DNA of 64,000 bases from Octopus bimaculoides (Eukaryota), in contig NC_068998.1 in the NCBI RefSeq assembly GCF_001194135.2, forward strand, positions 31,071,996 to 31,135,995, in the 5' to 3' direction. The notes under the pieces are model-generated. The model made no database searches. It saw only the letters and a list, made by a program, of their open reading frames with translations, and was not told the DNA's origin. Positions 1 through 12,309 of the stretch are shown in pieces. Position numbers and translations under genes: made by a program. How positions within the stretch are numbered: the first letter of the stretch is position 1; each line of letters starts with the position of its first letter.

Positions 1-366
1 TATATATAAATCAGAGATGACACAGGAAAAATCAAGCTGTTTCTGCTATACGATATGGTGGACTCTTAGTTGAGTACCAGAATAGTATCCTATAGCTTCA
101 TCAGATCCTTGAATATGAAGTGCACTTTATTTGGGAAAGTTACATTTTCAGAATATACAGGCATTATGAGTGAGAAAGTTTATATATTTAGGTATGGAAA
201 GTTCTATCCTAAGGTAGAAAAAAGTATGCAAATATACACATGTGCTTAGGTTAGAATTAAAAGGGCGATACATGGGTAGACGTGCACACTCATTCATATA
301 CACATATATAGACATACACATGTAAACACATACATATGTACATACATATATACATTTATATACATA

Positions 367-2496
367 TAGTAGATCCTGCTTTATAAATTCACCCAATTAT
401 TGTATCCAAAATGGGTTGAGACGGAATTTTTACACATAAAATCACTTGTTTAATAAATCCAAATCATCGCTTAATAGATCCAATTGCTGCTGCTTCTTCC
501 TAAAGTGTCAACAAGTACCAGAGAATGAATGAAGTGTTTTTTTATTCACTCTTAAACACTGACAGCTGCCACAGCCAGCCAGCCTGCTGTCACATGGTAC
601 ACTCCATCATCCAAAAATAGATCAATAAATATGTAGTTGCTGGCGGTGGCTGCTGGAGCCTACCATGCAACCCTGTCATTGCAGTGAAAAAGTAGGCTCC
701 AGGACACCTCTTGTCAAAATTGTGTGCCCTTCTCATTCATTGGATGATGGAGTGTATCATATGATGGTTGGTTATAGCTGCTGGAACCTATGTGTCAATA
801 TTTAAGGCTGAAAACACATGTCATTTGTCATTCGTGTAGAGAGGCAGACACAAACAAGTTGTTCAAAATGAAAAAAGAGAGGCAAGACAAATCTGTAGCA
901 GAAAAGATTCAATTGTTAGAATGTTACAAAGCTCTTGGGAAAACAAACCCAGCAGAAAACAGCACAGAGTTTGAGAATTTCAAGAGGTCTGCTCCAGAAT
1001 ATGCTAAAGAATGAGGATGACCTTTGTACCAAAGAACACAATGGCTGTTCATTAAAGAGAAAGCGCTAATGAGAGGGAAAGAACCAACAGGTGGACCTTA
1101 CTCTCTACAATTGGTTTCAATTTATTCACTCAAGAAACGTCCCCGTCAACAGTGTGATCCTAATGCACAAAGCCAACACCATTGCTCAAGCTGCTGGACA
1201 GGATTTTAAGGCATCTGAAGATTGGTTTTACCGTTATAAAAAACGCATGGAATCTCTTTTACGGTTCTCTTTAGGGAATACAAACTAAGTATTTCATACT
1301 TTGCAGGTGATGCAGCTAAAACTGACATAGATGGAGCCCATCAATTTCGTAAGACAACCATGCAGCTTCTGTTAAATCATATCAGCCACAGGACATTTAC
1401 AATGCTGATGAAACTGGAATCTACTTTTGTGTATTATCAGGGAATACATGTGTTAATGCGAGTTGTAAGAAAACTGTGAAGGCTTTTAAAATGGCAAAGG
1501 CCTATGTGATCTTGACAGTGGCCTGCAACATGAATGGAGACAAAGAAGATTTGCACTTAATCGGAAAGGTTGGTTTGTCAAGATTTTTCAAAAATGCTTA
1601 GATGACAGAAAAAAATCTATCTGGAAGACAAATGGTGGTCCTACTTGGCAATTGCTCTTCTCATGTAGTCATTGTTAATCTCAAGAATATTACTTTAAAA
1701 TTTCTTCTTCTCAGCACAATATCAGTGCTGCAGTACTGTGACATGGGGTTAAACAAGATCTTGAAATCTTACTTCAGATATGAAATGCATGAGAAGATCA
1801 TTGATGTTATGGAAGACACTGAATGTAACATTTTTGCCCAAGAAGTTGCAAAGCAGATCACCATTTTGGATGCCATGTACATGTTAAGCGTAGCTTGGAA
1901 GAATGTCTCTAGCCAGTCAAACATTGTAGGACCAAAGCTGGTTTTGTTTCGGCTGAAGAATCAAATGAAGTCATAGATGTTAACAAAGATTCGATGCTGC
2001 TTTCGCTGCCTACTGGATTGACCAAAAAGCAATTTGAGAATTGGTTGTCTGTAGTTGATGGTGCTGTTGTTGCTCCAGAGATCATCACTGAAGAAAAAAA
2101 CTAGATGAGATTATTCATGACATTCAGCAACCTGAAAAAGAAACCCAACGTTGATGTTGATGAAAGAGTTCTGGAGCCTTCAACACCAGCTGAAATGAGA
2201 CACTATCTCATTCAATGTTTTGATTTAAGTGACATGAACCTTTTTAGAACTCTTAAGGAAAAAATCAGTGCAGAGTTGCAAACAAAGTGTCCAGCAGAGC
2301 AAACAACACTTGACAAATTTTTCATTCAATAACATTGTTTATAATGTTTTTATTCGTGTATTCACATATGTATATATTTTAATAAATGCGCATGTTTAAT
2401 CAATCAGCAAATTTTGTTCCCTTGGTTAATAAATCCCTTCTTTAATAAATCTCAAACAGGCGGTCCCATGATAGATTTATAAAGCGGGGTTGACTG
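367..2496 (+). mobile_element. Degenerate Tigger/pogo (Tc1-mariner superfamily) DNA transposon with CENP-B-like transposase remnant
   Basis: Imperfect 22-bp TIRs (367-388 vs 2475-2496, 17/22 match, right end ...GACTG), TA on the left; frameshifted pieces: HTH region (LYNWF...KASEDWFYRYKKR), NADETG at ~1400, VVLLGNCSSH (DDE-like). Confidence 0.85.
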
Positions 2497-2513
2497 TGTG
2501 TGTGTATATATAT

Positions 2514-2775
2514 AATAAAAAGTTTTGAATGGTACAACAATGCACTATAATATAAAAAATGGACTATATACCTGTTGTAATTTAGTTATCTATAGTCCGA
2601 TGGTATTTCGGAATACAATTCCTTCTTCAGATATTCTTAGATGGAGTCTTAAGAATATCTGAAGAAGGAATTGTATTCTGAAATATCATCGGACTATAGA
2701 TAACTAAATTACAACAGGTATATAGTCCATTTTTTGTATTATAGTGCTTTGTTTTACCATTTTAAACTTTTTATT
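2514..2775. repeat. ~262-bp near-perfect palindrome carrying two inverted hammerhead-like cores (PLE pLTR-type foldback)
   Basis: ~125-bp arms around a ~10-nt loop at 2640-2649; CTGAAGA-stem-GAAA at 2659-2687 (+) and 2602-2630 (-); helix I pairing weak. Confidence 0.8.
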
Positions 2776-2819
2776 CTTTACAAACAATACACAATGCTTC
2801 AAGTGAACTACAATACTCT

Positions 2820-2856
<37 letters not shown>

Positions 2857-5157
2857 CAAATTTACAGAAAACAAAGGATGAAGACAGGTGTAGGAACAAC
2901 AAGCAGGTGTATTAGTTTAATGCTCGGGAAGAATGGAAAAGTCTTTTATGTTTCGACAGAAAGGATTAAGAAGAAAAAAAAAAGGAGAGGGAATGGAAAA
3001 AAAAGCACTGAGAGAAAAAATTTTTTTAGGGATTAATGGTTCAACATGACAAAATAGTCAGAAGGCTGAATGAAAGGGAGATAATGACGGTGACCTGGTC
3101 AAATGAATTTATTTTCACATGCGTGTGTGTATGTGAGAATGGTGTGTATAAGTGAATGGAGATAAGTGTGTGAATATGTATGTGTGGATGAGCTGAAAAA
3201 TATGTGGGCCTGTGTGTATGTGTGTAAGTGACCCAGTGCAAACATTATGCTTGGAAAACATGTTAAATAATGATGTTTCTGATCGCTGGAATCAGTTGTT
3301 GAGTGTTAAGGGTCTTGTTCCCAGGTTTCATTGTGTTCAACAACATGAATTAGTTGCTGATCTTGTTGGTGATAATAAGTTTTTCTGTTGACTCAGTTCT
3401 CTGTGTTTTCTTATCAAGACATTTAACCATTTTTTGTGTCAAATGAGCAAAAGGTTAAGCACAGTCTTTTGATTACCTCAACTGTAAAATGAGCAAATGA
3501 TTGCTGAAGTTGATATTGAGGACAATATCAACTTCAGTAAGATTTCACTCAAAAATAAGAACTATTAAGCTTGGATATCATAAAATATCTAACTTGGTTA
3601 TCTGTCTTAAGGATATTTTATGGAAGATGCCAGGTATTTTTTTTATCAAATACTTATTTTGTATTGAGTTACTATTATTAACTGAAGGGCAACATGTTTG
3701 ACTAATACTTGGCAGTATGTTCATGTTCTTTTACATTCTAAGTTCAGATTCCTTTAAGATCAACTTTGCTTTCCATACACTGAGATACTGGAATAAATGC
3801 AGTCAGCAGTTTCTCTCTCCTATAAATTTATTACCTTGTGTCAATATTAGAAAATATAACTGTTTCGACACAGACATGGCAGTGTTGTCAAAAAGTTCCC
3901 TTTACACACCTGTGGTTTTGATTTTGGCCCCAGTGTGTGGCATTCAACACAAGTTAAATTACAACTTGAAGCTGACCAGTATCTTGTGATTGAAATTTGA
4001 TACATGAAAACTGTGGAGCCGTGGTGGTGTGGCGTGTGGACCTCTACAAGGCCGAAGCTTTCCGCCAACTTCAAGACACCTCCTTCTACTGCCCTCTGAC
4101 CCCATGCCCAGCTACCAACAGACTGTGTCCTCCACTATCCATGACCTCATCTCCTCATCCTCCTGTCTCCCCCACCATTTACTTCCTCCCCAAAATCCAC
4201 AAACCTAACAACCCTGGCCACCCCATTGTCTCTGCCTGCAACTGCCCCACTGAACTCATCTCCAGATATCTTGACTGTGTCCTTGCCCCCTTAGTAGCTT
4301 CCCTCCCCTCTCACATCCATGACACCAACCACATGCTTCGTTTGTTCAACTCTTTCTATCTCCTCCTGGCCCCTCTAAACTTCTCTTCACTCTTGACATC
4401 TAGAGCCTTTACACAGTGATCCATCACCATGAGGGGCTGCGTACACTCCACCATTTCCTTGACCTTTGACCCAAATATTCTCAAGTTTCACTGGTCCCAC
4501 TCCCGAACTATACTGCCGTTATATTGATGATTGTATCGGTGTGACCTCACTCTCCCACGAACATCTACTCCTTCCTCTCTTTTGTCAAATCTTTCCATCC
4601 TGCCCTCCACTTCTCCTGCACTATCTCTGACACCTCTATCTCCTTTCTTGACATTTCAGTCAGCATTCATCACTCCACTCTCACCACCTCCATCCACTAC
4701 AAACACACAGACTCACACTCATACCTCAACTTCTCTTCCTACTCTAAACACACCAAGCTTTCCATCCCCTATTCCCAATTTCTCTGCAGTGACAACCATG
4801 ACTCAGTCTCAACTCATGGCTCACCACTTCATCCTACGTGGATATCCTATCACCACTACCCACACCGCCCTTGCCAGAGCACGTTCCGTGGACTGTGCAT
4901 CTGCTCTCTTCTCCCCAAACCCGCACCGCCATCTCCTGCCTCCCATTTCCCCTCACCTGCCACCCCACCACACTACCTCTCCAACGCACCATTCTCCGAT
5001 CCTTCTGGCGACTCCAGTCTGACCCATCCACTTTGCACATCTTCCCTAACCGACCCCTCCCCTCCTTCAAACGAGCCCACAACCTACAAGATCTCTTGGT
5101 CCACAGCTTCTCTTACCCAACTTCCTAACCCGGCTCGTTCCCCTGCTCCTACCCATG

Positions 5158-5388
5158 CTTATTTGTTTATTGCCCACAAGGGGCTAAACATTAGAGGGGA
5201 CAAACAAGGACAGACAAAGAGATTAAGTCAATTAAATTGACCCCAGTGTGTAACTAGTACTTAATTTATTGACCCCGAAAGGATGAAAGGCAAAGTCTAC
5301 CTCGGCGGAATTCGAACTCAGAACGTAACGGCAGACGAAATACTGCTAAGCGTTTCGCCCGGCGTGCTAACGTTTCTGCCAGCTTACC
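5158..5388 (-). mobile_element. tRNA-derived SINE inserted into the PLE
   Basis: Head with A/B-box-like motifs, central CTTTGCCTTTCATCCTTTCGGGGTC domain; ACCCATG target duplication at 5151-5157 and 5389-5395. Confidence 0.85.
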
Positions 5389-6713
5389 ACCCATGTTGCC
5401 GCACTTGCCCATACTTCTCCAACACCACCCTCCTCACTGGCACCCATCATTGACCCTATCACATCGACTCCTTCACCTGCACTTCTACTAATATCATCTA
5501 CCGCATCTCCTGCTNNNNNNNNNNATGAAAGGCAAAGTCTACCTCGGCGGAATTCGAACTCAGAACGTAACGGCAGACGAAATACTGCTAAGCGTTTCGC
5601 CCGGCGTGCTAACGTTTCTGCCAGCTTACCACCCATGTTGCCGCACTTGCCCATACTTCTCCAACACCACCCTCCTCACTGGCACCCATCATTGACCCTA
5701 TCACATCGACTCCTTCACCTGCACTTCTACTAATATCATCTACCGCATCTCCTGCTCTCTCTGCCCTTCTCTATACATCGGGCAAATGGAACGCCGCTTA
5801 ACTAACTGGTTCGTGGAACACCTCCGAGACATCCGACTCGGCAATGATACCCTGGTTTTGCGCCATTTCTGCTCTACCAATCACTTTTGCAACACCTGTC
5901 CATGTTTGGATTGTCCTTGCACAGGGGCCATCCGGACTCTTGTTTGCGCCATGAACAGGGATTAATCATCTCTCTTCGCTCCTTTGCACCACATGGGCTC
6001 AACTCTCCTCCCCTCTTCATCTAACCTCCTCCCCTTGCCTCTCTTCCCTTCACACCTACTTCCTCCTTCCTACCTACTTCCTCCTTCCTATCTACTTCCT
6101 CCTTCCTANNNNNNNNNNNNNNNNNNNNNNNNNNNNNNNNNNNNNNNNNNNNNNNNNNNNNNNNNNNNNNNNNNNNNNNNNNNNNNNNNNNNNNNNNNNN
6201 NNNNNNNNNNNNNNNNNNNNNNNNNNNNNNNNNNNNNNNNNNNNNNNNNNNNNNNNNNNNNNNNNNNNNNNNNNNNNNNNNNNNNNNNNNNNNNNNNNNN
6301 NNNNNNNNNNNNNNNNNNNNNNNNNNNNNNNNNNNNNNNNNNNNNNNNNNNNNNNNNNCCCACTCTTGCCTCCCCCACCTCTGACACCATCACATCACAC
6401 CACACCACACATCACTACACCACCATACCACACAACACATCACATCACAGCATACCGCCATGCACATACCAGCAGTGACCACTTCCCAACCCCACATTTC
6501 ACACCTACACATACACACACATGTCAAGATAACCAGCCCGCTTCCACACACACATACAAACCCTCTTATACACATGCACGCGCACCTTTATTTTGGGATC
6601 ACCACTACTTTATTATCTCCCCTTCTCCCTAGTGTTCCTGTGTGACCCTTCTGTCCGGCATTCGCCATGATAGATCGCTAGCCACTACACATTCTTTATT
6701 TTCTCTCCTTGTT

Positions 6714-6751
6714 TCTTTCTGTGGAAGAGCATAGGCTCGAAACGTTAAAGA
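6714..6751 (+). ncRNA. Hammerhead-like ribozyme, variant core, in PLE 3' repeat
   Basis: TCTTT-CTGTGGAA-GAGC ATAG GCTC-GAAA-CGT-T-AAAGA: helix I 5 bp, helix II 4 bp, palindromic helix III ACGU, GUU site; core is not CUGANGA. Confidence 0.55.
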
Positions 6752-6838
6752 CTTTTTCACTTCCCGAGCATTATACTAATACATCTGTTGTCTACACCAC
6801 CTGTCTTCATCTTTTGTTTTTTTTGTGAATTCTCCCTG

Positions 6839-6881
<43 letters not shown>

Positions 6882-7164
6882 CCAGTGTCTTTATAATGGC
6901 ACTGCTTGAGCAGTGATGTTTGTTTATTTCACCTATGAAAAGTTTGTTAGTTGTTCAGCATGTGAAGAACAGTGAAATAAAATAAAAGTTGGCAACAGGA
7001 AAGGACTCTGACCTTAGAATACTTCAAGTAGTCTTAGACATACCATACCAGCATAGAAAATGTGAATATAAAACTTATGCCACTGCTGCTGCCACTGCTA
7101 TCTTCCTTCCTTCCTTCCTTTAATACAGTAACTTGTAATGTGAATGTATTTTCTCTTGTGACAG

Positions 7165-7257
7165 GAAGCTGCTTTGAACTACCTCAGCAGTTGCATCGAC
7201 CAAGTGAACACTTTTGGGGATATTCTCCAACTTGTTATTGTTGAGCTTATCTACAAG
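7165..7257 (+). CDS. COPB1: Coatomer subunit beta, internal exon ([31 protein letters not shown])
   Basis: AG at 7163-7164 after a pyrimidine tract, GTAAGT at 7258; 93 nt, phase 0; translation matches the beta-COP segment [29 protein letters not shown] recalled from vertebrate COPB1. Confidence 0.96.
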
Positions 7258-8126
7258 GTAAGTATGTAAGGGCTGGCTTGTTCCATGCTAAAATGAAGAA
7301 ACACACATTAAAGTAATAATGACAATGATAATACCTAAACATTATGGCCTTATCAGACCAGTCACAGTCTACTTGGAGATGATAGTAACTCCTCTGCTAG
7401 CCTTTTCTTTCCAGTTCATGCATGTTGATAGAAGCCACTCCTGCTGATAAAATAGGAAATGTTGAGAGGAACACTAACCCCACATACCCACACCTACGAT
7501 AAATGACTTCTGTTAATGTAGGGAGGTGTACAAAGGAACTGTTATGCCTAAATTAATGTGGGAGCCTCTATATGACTGCTTGATCTAGAAATAGCTGTTG
7601 AATCTTCAAATCATACTCACTACTTAGAAAAGTGATGATTACATATAATATAGATACTTCTAAAATCATGGATGGTCATGGCTGGAATGCATTTCATAAT
7701 ATGCTTAAAGTTAATATGCAGTTAAACAACATATGTTAATAGATTATAGTCTAGTTACATTGAGGAGCTATAGAGAGGAACACTGGACCTACCATATCTA
7801 AAACTACCACATCTCTACCTCTCACAAGTGTACCTACTGATAAATGAATATCCTCCTGCTAAGGTAGGGGATGTTGAGTGGGAGATGCACTTAAGCTGTG
7901 GCATGTACTGATGTGACATTTACGTCATAGATATCAACCAACTAATAATGATGTATTAATTTTTCTAAGTGCACATATGCTTATATATAAATTTGGACAC
8001 TATTTTAAGAGGCAAACTGTTATATCAATGAAAGGTATTTTTCATGAAAGGTTTTGTCATATATAGCTTAAATAGTACATAATACTATTAATTACTGAAC
8101 ATTTGTTTGTTCTTAATTTTCAATAG

Positions 8127-8264
8127 GTATGCCATGCCAATCCTTCAGAACGGGCCCGTTTCATACGCTGTATCTATAACTTATTGAACTCATCAAGCCC
8201 TGCAGTGCGTTATGAAGCAGCTGGAACTCTTGTGACACTATCAAGTGCCCCTACTGCAGTCAAG
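8127..8264 (+). CDS. COPB1: Coatomer subunit beta, internal exon ([46 protein letters not shown])
   Basis: TAG acceptor, GTGAGA donor; 138 nt; continues the previous exon in frame; near-identical to beta-COP. Confidence 0.97.
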
Positions 8265-8491
8265 GTGAGACCATTGACCTTTTCAAGGATATCTTAACTT
8301 TTTAATCAGGTTTCTTAGTTGCATTTGGGCGAAGATTCTTGTTTTCTTTGAATATAGTTAACATTAAAATATATATTTTCTATACTACCATGTGCGTTAG
8401 CATATGTACAACACAAGTTTTGATAGAAAATGAATAAGATAACACATTTAATGTCGGTAAATTTGAAGAGAAGTAGCAAAATATAGTTTAA

Positions 8492-11203
8492 CCCTTTCGT
8501 TACTATATTTCTGACCAAAATACACCCCTCGTGAGTTTCAATTAAATTCTAAAATAATCGTGAATTTAGACTAGTCTCATTAAACACCTGTAACTTTTTT
8601 ATTTATCAACATATTAATGTGATATTTGGAACATAATTGAAGAAAGGGATCTTAATCAATTCTATTGCATAATTTTTGTCTCAAAGTGACTCTAATTACA
8701 GGTAAATCCAGGTAAACTGAGCAAAATGTAAAAATATTAAAATTTTGTTTAAACATTACCATAGAAAATGTGTCATCAGCTCATATTTAATTGGGTATGC
8801 AACAAAATTTTGATATAGAAGACTTGTGCACATCACTAGGTTATCAATTGAATTTAATGNNNNNNNNNNNNNNNNNNNNNNNNNNNNNNNNNNNNNNNNN
8901 NNNNNNNNNNNNNNNNNNNNNNNNNNNNNNNNNNNNNNNNNNNNNNNNNNNNNNNNNNNNNNNNNNNNNNNNNNNNNNNNNNNNNNNNNNNNNNNNNNNN
9001 NNNNNNNNNNNNNNNNNNNNNNNNNNNNNNNNNNNNNNNNNNNNNNNNNNNNNNNNNNNNNNNNNNNNNNNNNNNNNNNNNNNNNNNNNNNNNNNNNNNN
9101 NTTATTATATATATATATATATATACAAAAAATATTTACACAATATTTCTATCATGGAAAGTTGTAAAACATCCCACTCTACATACTGCAACCTTGCATA
9201 ATGCACATTGGAAAGATGTTTCAACTGGCCGTCCACTGGGAGTTTTTCTTTGTTGATGTAGACATTCATGGCACTGCCTTTTGCAACCCCTGATTTTTTC
9301 TAATTTATGTAGATCAGCTGAACTCAGAGGGATATCTCTCTGGCAGGCTTTGCTTTTCCTTCCTGCCGTTATTTTTTTGGAGGAATAACCTGCCCTCAAC
9401 TGTGATGCAACATCTGCTCGGAACTGCAGATGATCACACCGCTTGCGAACCCCTCCTGATTTGGTATATGATATGAATGCATTTACAATGCTCATGTTTA
9501 CAATATACCAAACCAGGTATCGCCACCATTTATTACCTGGTCTACCAACCGGATAATAACTCATCATCTGGTTCAGCTGATCAGCACCACCCATGTACCT
9601 GTAATAATCAAGTTTCACATATGGGGTGCCATTTTCATTTACACATGGTTGTGCACTGGTGGATAGAAAATTTATCTGCCTCTTATCTCGGTATGTGGTT
9701 GCTAGCAGATTTCCTCTCTGCCGTTGGATTATTTCACCTCTTTTATTAAATTTTGCTTTTTTTATATTTAATGGCAGCCCTTTTCTACTAGCCATTACTG
9801 TAGCACATGTATATGTTTCTACAGCTTCTAAATCCACCGCAAGTTTGGCTGAACTAAAATATCAGTCAAAAAATACTATACGGCCCTGGTTATGGTATGG
9901 ACGTGATAAATTCCAGACCACATCGTACCCTAGGCCATGCTGACTAACATTATTGTCTCTTTTCACTGCATAAAAGCTAAATCCACAGCAGTACCTAGTA
10001 TTTGCTTCACAAATTTTCCAAACTTTGATCCCCCATTTTGTGGCCTTTCCTGGCATATACTATCGGAAGTGTACTCTTCCTTTATACCCCACCATGCCCT
10101 CATCGACGGATAAGTATCTCTCAGGCTTGTAAAATGTTTTATATGCATTTTGAACGCAGTCGATGAGGGGTCTTATTTTAGATAAGGGATCAAAGCTTGG
10201 TTCTCCACGTACTGGGGTACTGCTAGTGTCTCTCACATGTAAATATTGATTCAGCTTCACAAATCGTACTCTCGTCATAATACTGGAAACATACTGATCA
10301 CCAAAAGGTTCCTGATTGNNNNNNNNNNNNNNNNNNNNNNNNNNNNNNNNNNNNNNNNNNNNNNNNNNNNNNNNNNNNNNNNNNNNNNNNNNNNNNNNNN
10401 NNNNNNNNNNNNNNNNNNNNNNNNNNNNNNNNNNNNNNNNNNNNNNNNNNNNNNNNNNNNNNNNNNNNNNNNNNNNNNNNNNNNNNNNNNNNNNNNNNNN
10501 NNNNNNNNNNNNNNNNNNNNNNNNNNNNNNNNNNNNNNNNNNNNNNNNNNNNNNNNNNNNNNNNNNNNNNNNNNNNNNNNNNNNNNNNNNNNNNNNNNNN
10601 NNNNNNNNNNNNNNNNNNNNNNNNNNNNNNNNNNNNNNNNNNNNNNNNNNNNNNNNNNNNNNNNNNNNNNNNNNNNNNNNNNNNNNNNNNNNNNNNNNNN
10701 NNNNNNNNNNNNNNNNNNNNNNNNNNNNNNNNNNNNNNNNNNNNNNNNNNNNNNNNNNNNNNNNNNNNNNNNNNNNNNNNNNNNNNNNNNNNNNNNNNNN
10801 NNNNNNNNNNNNNNNNNNNNNNNNNTTTCGTTCACCACGTACTTTTGTAGCTCATTCATTCTTTTCTTCGATATCTCCATATCTTTGGTTGAAAAACCTT
10901 CAAATTCAGAATCACTGCTTGATAGCATGAAACTCCTCTCCATCTTCAAAGTTGAAAAAAATTAACGCTGCAGAAAATGTGGAAAAAAATCTTCCAAAAT
11001 TCACCGAGTTCAAATATCACGCCAAACAATGTCGGATACAATAACTTAACTGTTTGCAAAGTGAAATCAGGTGTTTTAACGAATGTACTAACGAGATTTG
11101 GGTCCAAATATACATTTAAATAACAATGGGTACTCTCGGCCGGCTTGGTCTTATGAACCAAAAAACTTTTTGGCCAGCTACAGCCGGCTTAGTAACGAAA
11201 GGG
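8492..11203 (-). mobile_element. piggyBac DNA transposon, near full length, frameshifted PGBD4-like transposase
   Basis: Perfect 14-bp TIRs CCCTTTCGTTACTA, TTAA on both sides; ORF pieces SVDEGM, KWGIKVW, IVFFD, MGGADQ and C-terminal Cys-rich domain (9136-10949); two N gaps inside. Confidence 0.93.
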
Positions 11204-11399
11204 TTAATCAAATATCTATAACTGATTTCAGTGACTTTTACCTTGGTGGTCGAATTTTCTAAATTATCTAGTTCTTGGTTAGATAGTTCTTGGTCCTGAA
11301 TAGAAAGAATTGACTAGTGTACTAAAAGTCTTACTAGGATCACAAGTGATGCATAAAGCATGAAAACATAAATGTTGTGTGAATCTGTCACATATTACT

Positions 11400-11560
11400 G
11401 ATTGCAAAAGACTGCTTATAAATTTTCTGAGCAGTGTGAACATAGATTCAGTCTTATAAATTTGGTCAAAAACATATCAAGGAATAGACTTGAGATGTCT
11501 CACTTCAGTAATCTGATGAGTATTAAGAGCTACTTTCTTGTGGATCTGATTCAACAGAAA
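11400..11560 (+). mobile_element. hAT transposase C-terminal dimerization-domain remnant
   Basis: ORF 11402-11596 CEHRFSLINLVKNISRNRLEMSHFSNLMSIK resembles the hAT CERxFS...K...RNRL...LM motif; no TIRs found. Confidence 0.6.
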
Positions 11561-12309
11561 CAAGGAACCTTACATAAATGCAACTTTGAAACCTGACGGG
11601 AAATACATTTAAACAGAATGTACAGTTAGCAATAAAGGCATGTAATGTCAAAACTTATTTTCCTTTGTACTAAATTTTATAGTAAAATCTATACACTATA
11701 TGAACCATAATTCATTAGTAGGTAATGTTCTATTTGTCTCTGTTTCAATCACTGTTGACTTCTAATTGTTATCTAATATATAAAATAGGCCTCTGTGTGT
11801 GTGTGTGTGTATTCACTTTTCATGCAAAAACGGCTGTGCGATTTGGTTCCATACTTGGGATGCATGAATAATTTGACCTTGGATACATGATAGGGTCTTC
11901 ATTTTATTTTTTTATTAAAAATAAGTAATTTGCTTTATATATATGATTCACTTCTTTAAAATGGTTTTTCAATTTCAACTTGCATTACTGACATAGCAAC
12001 TGGAGCTACCTAGATAAACATGTTTGTCTGATGTTGCAACTGTGGCTAGCTACATGTATACATGTTGATGAATATTGACATTTTCACAGCTTCTATTTCA
12101 TTTCAGTTGCGTTGATTTTTGGTTCCTAGAGAAAATACTTGCATGTCACAGCTTCCCATATATTTTTATTCTTCACGTTCCTCATAGAAACACTCTTCTA
12201 AGGATTTCTGTTGTCTTTCTTCTAAGGATTACTGTTACTAAGGATTTCTGTTGTCTTTCTGCTAAGAATTTCTGTTACTATCACTTTCTCTCTCTATACA
12301 TATATATCT

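Larger units (their letters stand above)
2853..6840 (+). mobile_element. Penelope-like retroelement (RT + GIY-YIG), degenerate, with 3' terminal repeat and inverted partial 5' copy
   Basis: RT motifs PTIYFLPKIHKPNNPGHPIVSACNCPTELIS (ORF 3997-4419); GIY-YIG NIIYRISCSLCPSLYIGQ...EHLRDIR at ~5720-5890; 2853-2962 is the reverse complement of 6719-6840. Confidence 0.85.

Noticed and set aside
5285-5754. ~230-bp direct duplication around a 10-N gap
   Set aside because: Identical sequence on both sides of a placeholder gap indicates unmerged contig overlap, not biology.
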